Both the position numbers and the translations under genes were made by a program. The notes beneath the pieces were generated by a model. The model was not told where the DNA came from and ran no database searches. It saw only the letters and a program-made list of their open reading frames with translations. A stretch of DNA of 64,000 nucleotides, from positions 1 through 64,000 of the forward strand of contig JAVRCV020000016.1 of assembly GCA_034530615.2 (NCBI GenBank), read 5' to 3'. Source of the DNA: Aulosira sp. ZfuVER01 (GTDB taxonomy: Bacteria > Cyanobacteriota > Cyanobacteriia > Cyanobacteriales > Nostocaceae). Below, in pieces: positions 44,049 to 53,304 of the stretch. The stretch's first letter is position 1. Each line of letters starts with the position of its first letter.

Positions 44049-44231
44049 AAATTTGATGGGAATTTAATTAAATTTGATTTTTACAATAACTGAACCAATT
44101 TGTTTGTGAGGTAGATGTACTTTTTATCTAACTTTCACAAATTGGCACAGATTTAAAAGCGAGCTATGGTGATTGAGCGAAAACTAAAGTTTAGTTTTTA
44201 TTTAAAATCAGATAACTACTAAAACTTGAGT

Positions 44232-44786
44232 TTATTTCTCAATTAATTGTTGTTTTAGCTCGAGTAACTGTGTTTGCAGTTCATTGATTTGGGAGTCTTT
44301 CTGTTGCATCACTTGGTAAAGTGCTTGAATTGCAGCTAAAGCTACACCATTAGCATCTACAGCTTCGATAAAGCGATCGCTTTCACCAATGTTGAAAGTA
44401 GCCGCAAAGTCTTGTGCCATTGGGCCAATATGGCGAATTGTTTCATTCTGGTTTTTATACTTCCAGGTGGTGATGGGTAAATTCGCAATTCCCTGAAGAA
44501 TGGCGTGGACATCAACCTCAGCCACTTCTTCTTTGACATTGCGATCGCTCAGGAAGCGGGCTGAACCATTAGGATTGTACCTGACTCCTATAGCAGTGAT
44601 ATCAGTAATGACATTGGCAGATACATCCCCCAAAAATGGCAATTCAACTAGTGGGACTTGTGCGACTGCTTGTTCGCCAACACTTAGCTGAATATCACAG
44701 CCACCAACACAAGTGGCTAATTCTTCATCGCTCAGATCCTCAATCAGGCTTTCTTTAGGGGTCAAGTTGTTAGAATTCATGTGCAT
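44232..44786 (-). CDS. Precursor B: double-glycine leader, 50-aa core, peptidase S74-like chaperone domain and coiled coil
   Basis: IEDLSDEELATCVGG leader; SDRNVK...WKYK...HIGPMAQD. Confidence 0.85.
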   Translation of the reverse strand: MHMNSNNLTPKESLIEDLSDEELATCVGGCDIQLSVGEQAVAQVPLVELPFLGDVSANVITDITAIGVRYNPNGSARFLSDRNVKEEVAEVDVHAILQGIANLPITTWKYKNQNETIRHIGPMAQDFAATFNIGESDRFIEAVDANGVALAAIQALYQVMQQKDSQINELQTQLLELKQQLIEK

Positions 44787-45339
44787 AGATTTAACCAGTA
44801 ATGTGTAGAGTAACTTGCAGCAAAAACTTACTAGCTTTATCTCTCAGTTAAAAATCTGAGAAGACATATAACCAGTAGTTGAGCCTTAATATTCGGGACA
44901 AGATATTCACTTATACTGATAATTTTTTGTTCAGATTGCATCCTCTCCTAATCAATAGATTGTCATTTAATCACATTGTTGGCGGAAACTGCCTCAATGT
45001 AAATTCCCTATTGTAAAGTCAACTTTATAAAAGATATGGTAAAAGGACGTGAATAGAAATTTGCGTGCTTTATCCAGGCTTTAAAAATAATTACGTAGGT
45101 TTTCTAATTTCTCAAAGTAAATTAATTCAGACTGAAAGCTATAGCAACGAATTTACTAGAATTACGTTTATATATCCACAGTTGTAAATATCTGGGTATT
45201 CTTTAAAACAACTTTATTTTTTAAAGTAATTTAAAATTTTTACTCAGTAAGAATACGGTTTTATCAATTAGATAAGTTTATGCAATCTCTAACATTTTTT
45301 TGGCAATCTATCTCCTAGGTAAAGTTTTTTTCTGGTTAT

Positions 45340-48009
45340 CTAATGTGTATGGCAACTAGCAGAGTTCAGTCCAGAAGTATGAGGTGTGATGACTGATGCT
45401 TGTGCTGTTAACAATACTTCTCCCTGAGGGCTAACTACAAGCCCCTGAGCTTCTAAAATCTCATCAGAGGTAGGCGATGGTAGAGTTGCAGAATTAACGG
45501 CTATTTGAGAGCGATCGCTACTTACAGAAATTGGAACTGTTTGGATATCTTCCAAAATTGTTTCACTACCCAACACTACCTCTGGATTTTGTGGTAAACC
45601 ACCTCGTCCAGTAACAATGAAACGGCTGTATTCTTCTGGATTATACTGTCCACAACCTTGAGAAATTAATGTCGAAGCATCATTTGGCTGAACTGGTAAA
45701 ACAGCAATGCCTTTACTTGGATCGACAGCCAGAGTTTTAATTTCTACAGCGCCATTTAATCCAAACTGAGAGCTAGCTGTAATATCACTTTCAAGAGTAA
45801 GTTCAGGACGAAATTCAATACCAAATATTCCTTGAGTTGTAATTTGTACATTACCACCGCGACCTTGAATTGCATTAGCTGTAATATCACTATTTTCAGC
45901 GGCAGCTAATAAATTTGAACTAATATTTATATCACCACCATTTCCATTACCACCTGTAGCATCAGTAGTGATTTTGCTGCCATTGCGCATTAAGAGAATA
46001 TCTTTAATATGTAATGATATATTACCTCCTTCGCCTGATTTGGTTGTTGCTTGAATTCCTCCTGAATCCTGTTGAATATTTCCTGCATTATCAAGGAGTA
46101 TTGAATTAGCTTGAACATTAATATTTCCACCTTTACCTAAGCCTTCGTTATCAACACTTAACCTAGCACCATCCCGTACTAATAATTCCCCCGTAGAAAT
46201 TTCTAAGTTGCCAGCGTTATTAATATTATTACTATTTAAAACACTTGCAGATAAACTACTAAAGGTAGGAATTAAGCGAGTTGAATCTAATGGGTCTTCC
46301 CTGAGAGGGCCTTGCCCTAATAACAGAACAGATTCAGTTGCATTGATACTTAGTATTCCTCCCTTACCAAAACCGAGAGTTTCAACAGCAATATTACCTC
46401 CATCCTGGACTGTTAATTGCTTGGTATTAATTGTGATATTACCTGCATTACCTTTACTATCTGGATTTGTGCCACTGAAAATCCCACCGGGAATTTGATA
46501 AATAGGTGAAACGCCTCTGACATTAACAGAATCGGTAGCATTAATAATCATGTTGCCACTATTTCCCTCTGCTAAAATAGCAATACCAGCAAAAATTTGT
46601 GCCCCATCATTAATAATTAATTCCTTTGTGTTAACTATTAAATCTCCAGCTTGTCCCTTACCTTGTTGAACTGCTGTAAACAAACCACTTACCAATAAAT
46701 CAGAAGGTGAGACTCCGATTAATTCCACACTCTTACCAGCATTGACTGTCAAGTTTCCACCTTTCGCATCTGCGAAAGTTGCAGCCGATATTTGCGCTCC
46801 GTTTTGGATCAATAATTGCCCCGTATTTACAGTTAAATTTCCACCGATACCACTACCATAAGTATCTGTTAATAACCCAGTAAATAAAGAACCTTCTGCT
46901 GAATCAACACCGCTTAATTCAATCGTATCCACAGCATTAATGGTTAAATCTCCTCCTTTTCCTGAGGAAGCAGGTAAGGTGGCGGTAGATATGTGAGCTT
47001 CACCTTCAACCTGAAGTTTGTCAGTATTGATTGTGATTCCTAAACTGTTTCCACTACCACTATTTTCAGCAAATAACCCACTATTAAAAGTTCCAGTCAT
47101 GCTGTTGCTTGATACAATCACGGCATCTGAAGCGTTTAATATGAGATTCGCTCCTGAAATAGCACCTAATGTTCTTGATGATACACGGGAGTTCTCAATT
47201 GTTATCTGCTTTCCTGTAAGTTGGATACTACCACCTCCATCACCACTGGTTGTGACCATAGCATTCTTGGTAAGTAATACATTAGCTCTAGCCAAATCGC
47301 TAGGAAAATTTAGTTGGAACTGACTCCCTGTTGATGACAGTCCAACTATACCTGCACCCGCTACTCCACCTAGTTCAATGCGGCCGCTATTTGCACTCAA
47401 CTGACCGCCATTCATAGTTACTTCACCACCGATGAGCGCCAGTGTTTGGTTTGTCGGTACTGCGAGATTGGCTCCCTGTAAATTAATGGCGGCTGAGTTA
47501 CTACCATACTGTAATCCTATGGGAACATTTATACTCAATAAAGGCGGAGTTCCATCTAAAGATGTATTAAACTCTTTACCATCAGCAAACTTTAAACTGT
47601 TGGCGGTAGTGGCGAAAAATGAGCCACCAATATTTAATTTGGCATTAGGACCAAAGATAATTCCATTGGGATTAATTAAGAATAAATTGGCATTGCCAAT
47701 AGTATTAATTTTGCCGTCGATATAGGAAGGTAAAGTCCCAGTGACTCGACTAATAATGTTTTGAATAAATGCAGGATTATTAAAATTGGCAGCACCACCA
47801 GTGGGTACAGAAAATTGACTAAAGCTATGATAAAGATTACCTCCTACTTGGCTACCACCTGTAATCACGAAATTGAGATTATCAGGAGAATCAACATTTG
47901 TAGGGAGAGTAGCATCTGCCGCGATCGCCTGGGCATCACAGGGTTTGACAAAAGCTAGATTGCAAATAGTAAATAATCCAGAAATACTGATAATATGTTG
48001 CCAATTCAT
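45340..48009 (-). CDS. Filamentous haemagglutinin family (TPS-domain) beta-helix exoprotein
   Basis: Signal peptide, NLYHSFSQFSV, NIISRVTG, LFLINPNGIIFG, GG.I.I repeats, FIVTGRGGLP. Confidence 0.92.
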   Translation of the reverse strand: MNWQHIISISGLFTICNLAFVKPCDAQAIAADATLPTNVDSPDNLNFVITGGSQVGGNLYHSFSQFSVPTGGAANFNNPAFIQNIISRVTGTLPSYIDGKINTIGNANLFLINPNGIIFGPNAKLNIGGSFFATTANSLKFADGKEFNTSLDGTPPLLSINVPIGLQYGSNSAAINLQGANLAVPTNQTLALIGGEVTMNGGQLSANSGRIELGGVAGAGIVGLSSTGSQFQLNFPSDLARANVLLTKNAMVTTSGDGGGSIQLTGKQITIENSRVSSRTLGAISGANLILNASDAVIVSSNSMTGTFNSGLFAENSGSGNSLGITINTDKLQVEGEAHISTATLPASSGKGGDLTINAVDTIELSGVDSAEGSLFTGLLTDTYGSGIGGNLTVNTGQLLIQNGAQISAATFADAKGGNLTVNAGKSVELIGVSPSDLLVSGLFTAVQQGKGQAGDLIVNTKELIINDGAQIFAGIAILAEGNSGNMIINATDSVNVRGVSPIYQIPGGIFSGTNPDSKGNAGNITINTKQLTVQDGGNIAVETLGFGKGGILSINATESVLLLGQGPLREDPLDSTRLIPTFSSLSASVLNSNNINNAGNLEISTGELLVRDGARLSVDNEGLGKGGNINVQANSILLDNAGNIQQDSGGIQATTKSGEGGNISLHIKDILLMRNGSKITTDATGGNGNGGDINISSNLLAAAENSDITANAIQGRGGNVQITTQGIFGIEFRPELTLESDITASSQFGLNGAVEIKTLAVDPSKGIAVLPVQPNDASTLISQGCGQYNPEEYSRFIVTGRGGLPQNPEVVLGSETILEDIQTVPISVSSDRSQIAVNSATLPSPTSDEILEAQGLVVSPQGEVLLTAQASVITPHTSGLNSASCHTH

Positions 48010-48199
48010 ATAGTTAAAAGTACCTAACTTTGGCGATTTGTCTCTCTCTCAGTATTCCCTGAATAGCTGCCAGTATTACTAATTTATCTTGCTAAACTTC
48101 GTTTAAATTGAGAAATAGAGTTGTTCAAAAGAGAACGGGGAACAACTCACAAAACTCAATCGAGAAAAAACTATAGATTTCAAAGTAGATGCGGTTGAA

Positions 48200-50344
48200 T
48201 TAGCAATTTAAGAAAAACAGAGGGTTTGCAGGTTGAGCTTGCAAATCCTTAAAACATCCTTGGGTAATTAATTGCCCTTCATTCAGGACAACAATCCAAT
48301 TTGCGTGTTGAATTACCTGGGGTCGATGACTAATGAGAATTGTAGTTTTACCAGCGCGATCGCTCAATAATTGATCTAGTAAGTACAATTCACTAGCTGG
48401 ATCTAAAGCACCAGTCGATTCATCCATCAGCAAAATTGGCGGATTGCAGACAATAGCTCTAGCTATGGCTAGACGCTGACGCTGACCTCCTGAGATATTT
48501 GCACCAAATTCACCTAAAACAGTTTGATACTTATCAGGTAGCCGACTAATAAATTCATCTGCACCTGTTAGTTTGCAAGCTTGAACAATAGATTCAAAGT
48601 TGACATAAGGAGCAGTTAAACGGAAATTTTCAATAATTGAACGGCTCCAAAAATGGGCTTCTTGAGGAATTAGCACAATTTGTTGACGCAGTGAATCAAG
48701 AGATATATCTTGCAAATTGTAATCACCTATCCGGATATTGCCAGATTGTAGTGGGTAAAATCCAGTAATTAGTTTTGCCAACGTGCTTTTACCGCAGCCT
48801 GATTGACCAACTAAAGCAACTATCTTACCTCCAGGAATTGTTAGTGAAAAATCTTTCAGGAGGTCAACTCTGCCTGTATGGTGAAAATTGAGATTAATAC
48901 AGACAATATCAGAATTAGAAGAAAATTTTACCCAAGGCTTTTGTTCGTCTCCTTGATTTTCTGGAGTTACATCCAGCACCTCTGTTACTCGCTGAATCGA
49001 ATTTCTAGCTTGCACAAGCCCATTAGCAAAACCAATTACTGTACTAATAAAGCCAAGAAAATTATTATTCATGCTGCTAAAAGCTAGCAATTGTCCAATA
49101 GTGATTTCTCTAGCGATCGCTAGGCTGCTACCAAACCACAAAAGGAGAATGCTGCTAATTGCAAACACTAGCCCAGAAAAAATATTATTAATAGCAGAAA
49201 TCTGCATTGTTTTAAACGCCAAATTGGCAACTCGTCCAAACTGACTCTGAAATTCTTCCCATAATTGCGGAGCAGCCATTAGGCTTTTAAATGTTATCGC
49301 TCCTTTGAAAGTTTCAACTAAAATTCCTTGATTTTCTGCCTCTAACACTAATAAAGTCTGCGTTTTTTGTTGCAGAATTGGTAAAAAAATGAATGTTGAT
49401 ATTGTCATCAACACAGCAAAAACGAGAGCAAGTAAGGTCAGCTTACCGCTATAAAAAAACATGAGTCCTAAGGATACCAGCGCGATAAAAAACTGACTAG
49501 GTAGTCCAATGATTGACTGGGAAACTAGTTGATTAATTTCTTGAATATCTCGCAGCCGCGTAATAATTTCACCACTCCGATGAGATTCATAGTATGTTAG
49601 AGGTAAGCGAAGAATTTGTCGACCAAATTCTAATACCAGTCCTAACTGAAGTCTTTGAGAAAAATGAGTAATCAGATTAGACTGAACAAGTCTAAGGCTA
49701 CTGCTCAAAAAATTCATCACAATAGCTGCCAATACAACATTTGCTAGCAGCTTAGTATCTCCACGAACTAAGACATCATCGGTAAGAATTTGTAGTAGAA
49801 AAGGAGAAATCAGAGATAGCATTCCCACAAAAATATTGATGAGAAATGCTTCGCCTAAGATGGCGCGATAATTCCAGACTGGCTGGATAAAGCGCCGAAA
49901 ATTGTGAATGCGATCGCTCTCTTGGGCAAAAAAGCGAACACTATCTGGTTCTAAAATCAGCATGAGCCGATTTGCCCAACCCTCCATTAGCTCATCCTTC
50001 AGCAGATAACGAATACCAACCGCCGGATCGGCAATGACATACTTCTTACCCCGACAACCATACAAAACTACCCAGTGATAACCTTGCCAGTGAATAATTG
50101 CAGGTAGGGCAATTTCTTGTAATTTATCTAAGATTTCTGGCGCGACTCTGACTCCTCTAGCATTAAACCCTAAGACTTCTGCGCCACGTTTTAACCCTAA
50201 GAGAGAAGTGCCTAGTTGTCCGGTTCCTACAGCTTCTCGGACACGGTTAAGGCTAAAAATGCGTCCGTAATGTTTGGCGATTGTAGCTAGACAAGCTGCT
50301 CCGCAATCTTCTTCACTATGCTGACGAATGAGTTGATAAGGCAT
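48200..50344 (-). CDS. Peptidase-containing ABC transporter (C39 peptidase, TMD, NBD)
   Basis: QHSEEDCGAACL (catalytic Cys), HWVV, ADPA; GQSGCGKS, ISGGQRQR, LLMDE. Confidence 0.95.
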   Translation of the reverse strand: MPYQLIRQHSEEDCGAACLATIAKHYGRIFSLNRVREAVGTGQLGTSLLGLKRGAEVLGFNARGVRVAPEILDKLQEIALPAIIHWQGYHWVVLYGCRGKKYVIADPAVGIRYLLKDELMEGWANRLMLILEPDSVRFFAQESDRIHNFRRFIQPVWNYRAILGEAFLINIFVGMLSLISPFLLQILTDDVLVRGDTKLLANVVLAAIVMNFLSSSLRLVQSNLITHFSQRLQLGLVLEFGRQILRLPLTYYESHRSGEIITRLRDIQEINQLVSQSIIGLPSQFFIALVSLGLMFFYSGKLTLLALVFAVLMTISTFIFLPILQQKTQTLLVLEAENQGILVETFKGAITFKSLMAAPQLWEEFQSQFGRVANLAFKTMQISAINNIFSGLVFAISSILLLWFGSSLAIAREITIGQLLAFSSMNNNFLGFISTVIGFANGLVQARNSIQRVTEVLDVTPENQGDEQKPWVKFSSNSDIVCINLNFHHTGRVDLLKDFSLTIPGGKIVALVGQSGCGKSTLAKLITGFYPLQSGNIRIGDYNLQDISLDSLRQQIVLIPQEAHFWSRSIIENFRLTAPYVNFESIVQACKLTGADEFISRLPDKYQTVLGEFGANISGGQRQRLAIARAIVCNPPILLMDESTGALDPASELYLLDQLLSDRAGKTTILISHRPQVIQHANWIVVLNEGQLITQGCFKDLQAQPANPLFFLNC

Positions 50345-50639
50345 AGAGTGTCATTCACGCGAGCAGAGAATTTTGGCTGTCGTTCCCTTCTCAGGTGATA
50401 TCCGAATTGTGCAAGCTGCTAGGATTAATCTCATAAAAAATCAGTCTGTGAACCAGGAAGATATCATTGCTTATATTGATAATTCCCAGATCCAAACTTA
50501 AAAAGTCAGTCATCACACTTGTTTGTTCATCTATGACCAGGATAAATTTTTATCAAATCTAACTGACCTACGACAACTGTTACCCCGATCGTGCTTACAT
50601 TTGAGCTTGTAAAATGGTTAATTTTTAGCGAAAATTTCT

Positions 50640-50971
50640 ATGACTGAATCATCCGATCTGCAACCCAATAGACTTGACAGAATTGAGTAAATTCTATTAC
50701 TTACCACGACCGCATTAGGTGATATAGCAAGACAGCAGCAGGTAAATACTAACGCCATAGCCCAAGTTACTGCGCGTCTCGCTCAGTTAACCCTCAAGAT
50801 GGACAATCTTACGGAGTCTGTAGGGTCTTTAAATAAAGATGTTGTCTTACTTATTACTTCACTCAAGTGATTCAAAATGCCAAGACTGACCGCGAAACCT
50901 TCCAGGCAGAGATTCGCCGCATTTGGAAATATCTATTGCAACGTGGCGGTTATGGCAGAGGCGGAGAATGA
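50640..50971 (+). pseudogene. Degraded small coiled-coil gene
   Basis: MTESSDLQPNRLDRIE*ILL... with an internal stop and a frameshift before DRETFQAEIRRIWKYLLQ. Confidence 0.55.
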
Positions 50972-51073
50972 GGTTCCCGAAATGCGATCGCATTGGCTGG
51001 ATTGCCTAAAAAATCAACTATGTTTGGTGCAAAATTGGTATGTTTTTGTAAGTTTGAGTCAAATCGTCAAATG

Positions 51074-51108
51074 AAAAAATCCGCTAATCTTATTTCCAGA
51101 CTAGCGGA
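51074..51108 (-). terminator. Terminator after tRNA-Pro
   Basis: TCCGCTAGTCT...AGATTAGCGGA followed by a T run on the minus strand. Confidence 0.7.
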
Positions 51109-51124
51109 ATAGGGATTTTATCAA

Positions 51125-51198
51125 TCGGAGCGGCGGGATTTGAACCCACGACCTCCACTACCCCAAAGTGGCGCGCTACCAAGCTGCGCTACGCCCCG
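51125..51198 (-). tRNA. trnP: tRNA-Pro (GGG), CCA not encoded
   Basis: CGGGGCG acceptor, anticodon arm CCACT-TTGGGGT-AGTGG, GGTTCAAATCC T-arm. Confidence 0.96.
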
Positions 51199-51248
51199 GT
51201 CAGAATTACTATATTAGCAATAAGTTTGAGGAAAATCAAGGAGTAAAT

Positions 51249-51614
51249 TCAAAAAACTTTGAGCATCCCAGCAGCTTGCAATAAACTCGGAACAGCAGAA
51301 TCATTCCACCGACCTTCTGCGCATCGCCCTGTATTCAGAATCAAGCGCAGACTGTAGGCATGGGGATAGCCTTCCACTTCCATCCATAATAAATCGCTTT
51401 CTGCTTCACAAGCAATTTTCTCTTCATCCATCAATTCAGTTGCCAGTTGTTTCATTGTGTCTGCTAGCTTGGCGAAGAGACGGCAAAAATCGTTTAATTC
51501 GGCTTCTGTTAATTCGATCGCCCAATCATCTGTACCCAATAAACCTTTAAATTCAGGCGCATTGGGATTCCAGCCGATACGCCAACCAGAGCCGCTTTTG
51601 ACTACACGTTCCAT
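51249..51614 (-). CDS. Conserved cyanobacterial protein (DUF1818-like)
   Basis: GSGWRIGW, DWAIELT..E, ELMDEE. Confidence 0.8.
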   Translation of the reverse strand: MERVVKSGSGWRIGWNPNAPEFKGLLGTDDWAIELTEAELNDFCRLFAKLADTMKQLATELMDEEKIACEAESDLLWMEVEGYPHAYSLRLILNTGRCAEGRWNDSAVPSLLQAAGMLKVF

Positions 51615-51621
51615 AAACTAA

Positions 51622-52164
51622 TTATGGTTGGGGTTGTGCTGGAGAACTCGAATTAAAGATGTTTGTCAATGCTTGCACTAAGGCGTTTCGCTGGTTGCGG
51701 GTAAGCTTGGAAATGGCTGCGCGATCGCCTTCTATGGGATTTTCTCGCAATGTGTCATTCCCTGGATAGGTAATGTCATACATAGTTTCGTTTGCATTCA
51801 GGTAATCAGCCAGAGTTAGCTTCCAATCTAAACGATAACTTGGGGAACGCTCTTTGACGTAAATGTGATATCGGATCAAGCGACTGATTAAGGTACTATT
51901 TTCGGCAACTTTCCCAGTTTCCTTGCTAATATACTTATTTTCTTTAGGTAAATCTGGCAATTTTTGATACACCTGCTGCCAAAGATCGCTAGGACTGATT
52001 CTTTGAGCGATCGCAGGTTGAATACCTATAAAATTTGTATATTTTGAGTTACCTACCCCTGAACCCAAAATAATCAAACTCACCACCATTAAAAGCAGTG
52101 CTGAGTAACGAGTTCTGAGTACTAAAAATTGGAGAATTGACCTAAGTAGAAAATTTTTTTCCAT
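51622..52164 (-). CDS. Conserved cyanobacterial hypothetical exported protein
   Basis: Hydrophobic N-terminus; PKENKY, RLDWKLTLADYL. Confidence 0.75.
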   Translation of the reverse strand: MEKNFLLRSILQFLVLRTRYSALLLMVVSLIILGSGVGNSKYTNFIGIQPAIAQRISPSDLWQQVYQKLPDLPKENKYISKETGKVAENSTLISRLIRYHIYVKERSPSYRLDWKLTLADYLNANETMYDITYPGNDTLRENPIEGDRAAISKLTRNQRNALVQALTNIFNSSSPAQPQP

Positions 52165-52242
52165 AAGTAAATATTTTGAGTTAAAAGTGCGCTGCGACTA
52201 CTTTTGTACTCAGCAATCAGCACTTTCAACTCAGCACTATAT

Positions 52243-52479
52243 TTATACTTCGCCAATAATCTCGGGCTGAGTCAGTTCATCGGACATTTCGATAATTGCC
52301 CGGAGTACTGGTTTCATCATTGCATCTTCCGCACTTTCAAAGTCTTCGTAACGGCGACGCTTGGCACGGTTTGCCACCTGAACCGTAATGCGATACCGAT
52401 TTGAGGCTGCACTAATTAGATCCTCGGCACGGTGCATAATCTGAGACTGAGTTGTCTCGAACTTAGAACGCTTTAGCAT
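52243..52479 (-). CDS. rpoZ: RNA polymerase omega subunit
   Basis: [28 protein letters not shown]. Confidence 0.95.
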   Translation of the reverse strand: MLKRSKFETTQSQIMHRAEDLISAASNRYRITVQVANRAKRRRYEDFESAEDAMMKPVLRAIIEMSDELTQPEIIGEV

Positions 52480-52637
52480 AGTTAGTGGTTCTTGGGGTCA
52501 TTCCCCAGTTTAGCAGTACTGATAAATCTGCGGCTGTGTACTCAATTGTCAGTAACCTCTCTATTGATAGAGGTTGAGAGCTTTTTAGCATTTTATAAGT
52601 AGGTTGTAACAGTAAGTTAATAAAGACACTTAACCTC

Positions 52638-53066
52638 ATGGCCGATCTTGTGGAAACTGCGATTAATGCAGGAAATTTCACCATTTTGGTGAAGGCTGTT
52701 CAAGCTGTGGGACTCACGGAAGTTCTCAAGCGTCCTGGTTCTTTAACAGTTTTTGCGCCTACTGATGATGCCTTTGCTAAACTGCCAGAGGGAAGTTTAG
52801 ATTCGCTACTGCAAGATATTCCCAAGCTTAAGAAGATTGTGACTTATCATGTAGCCTCTGGGGATGTTAGATCTGATGATTTGATCCAGATTAAGGAAGC
52901 CGAGACTCTTGAGGGGTCAATTTTAGCAATTGAGTCTGCTAATGGTGCAATTAAGGTGAATGATGCCAATGTCATCCAAACTGACATTCTGACTGACAAT
53001 GGCGTGATTCATGTTATTGATACAGTGTTAGTACCTGCATTGGTTGCTGGTGGTACGAGTTCCTGA
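52638..53066 (+). CDS. Fasciclin (FAS1) domain protein
   Basis: TVFAPTDDAF, NGVIHVIDTVL. Confidence 0.93.
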   Translation: MADLVETAINAGNFTILVKAVQAVGLTEVLKRPGSLTVFAPTDDAFAKLPEGSLDSLLQDIPKLKKIVTYHVASGDVRSDDLIQIKEAETLEGSILAIESANGAIKVNDANVIQTDILTDNGVIHVIDTVLVPALVAGGTSS

Positions 53067-53126
53067 TTGGCTAAGGGAATAGCAAGAATCTCAATAAGAC
53101 TAAAAGGAACCGCAGAAGAACACAGC

Positions 53127-53166
53127 GAAAAGTCTGAGCGGAGGCTTCCCCCGCTCAGACTTTTCA
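53127..53166. repeat. GC-rich hairpin repeat between convergent genes
   Basis: gaaaagtctgagcgg ... ccgctcagacttttc. Confidence 0.65.
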
Positions 53167-53304
53167 AGACAGATAAATATCGGTGTTTATCTGCGTTTAT
53201 CTATGGTTTGATATTCAAAAGGATAGTTGTGCCTGATGAATTGATGATGGTGAATTGTGAAACAGCCAATTCCCATTTTGCTGTCAAGATTTTTCAGAAT
53301 TCAA

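Noticed and set aside
43649..44539. Duplicated 60-aa alternative-frame ORFs (MSKKK...)
   Set aside because: By-product of the duplicated S74 cassette in another frame
43518..44786. Prophage tail-fibre remnants
   Set aside because: No phage genes nearby; the S74-like domains are attached to double-Gly leaders in intact ORFs beside YcaO and a C39 exporter
40151..51198. RiPP cluster as a tRNA-Pro-integrated genomic island
   Set aside because: No integrase and no duplicated tRNA 3' end found by eye; the cluster carries many HIP1 sites, so it looks long-resident
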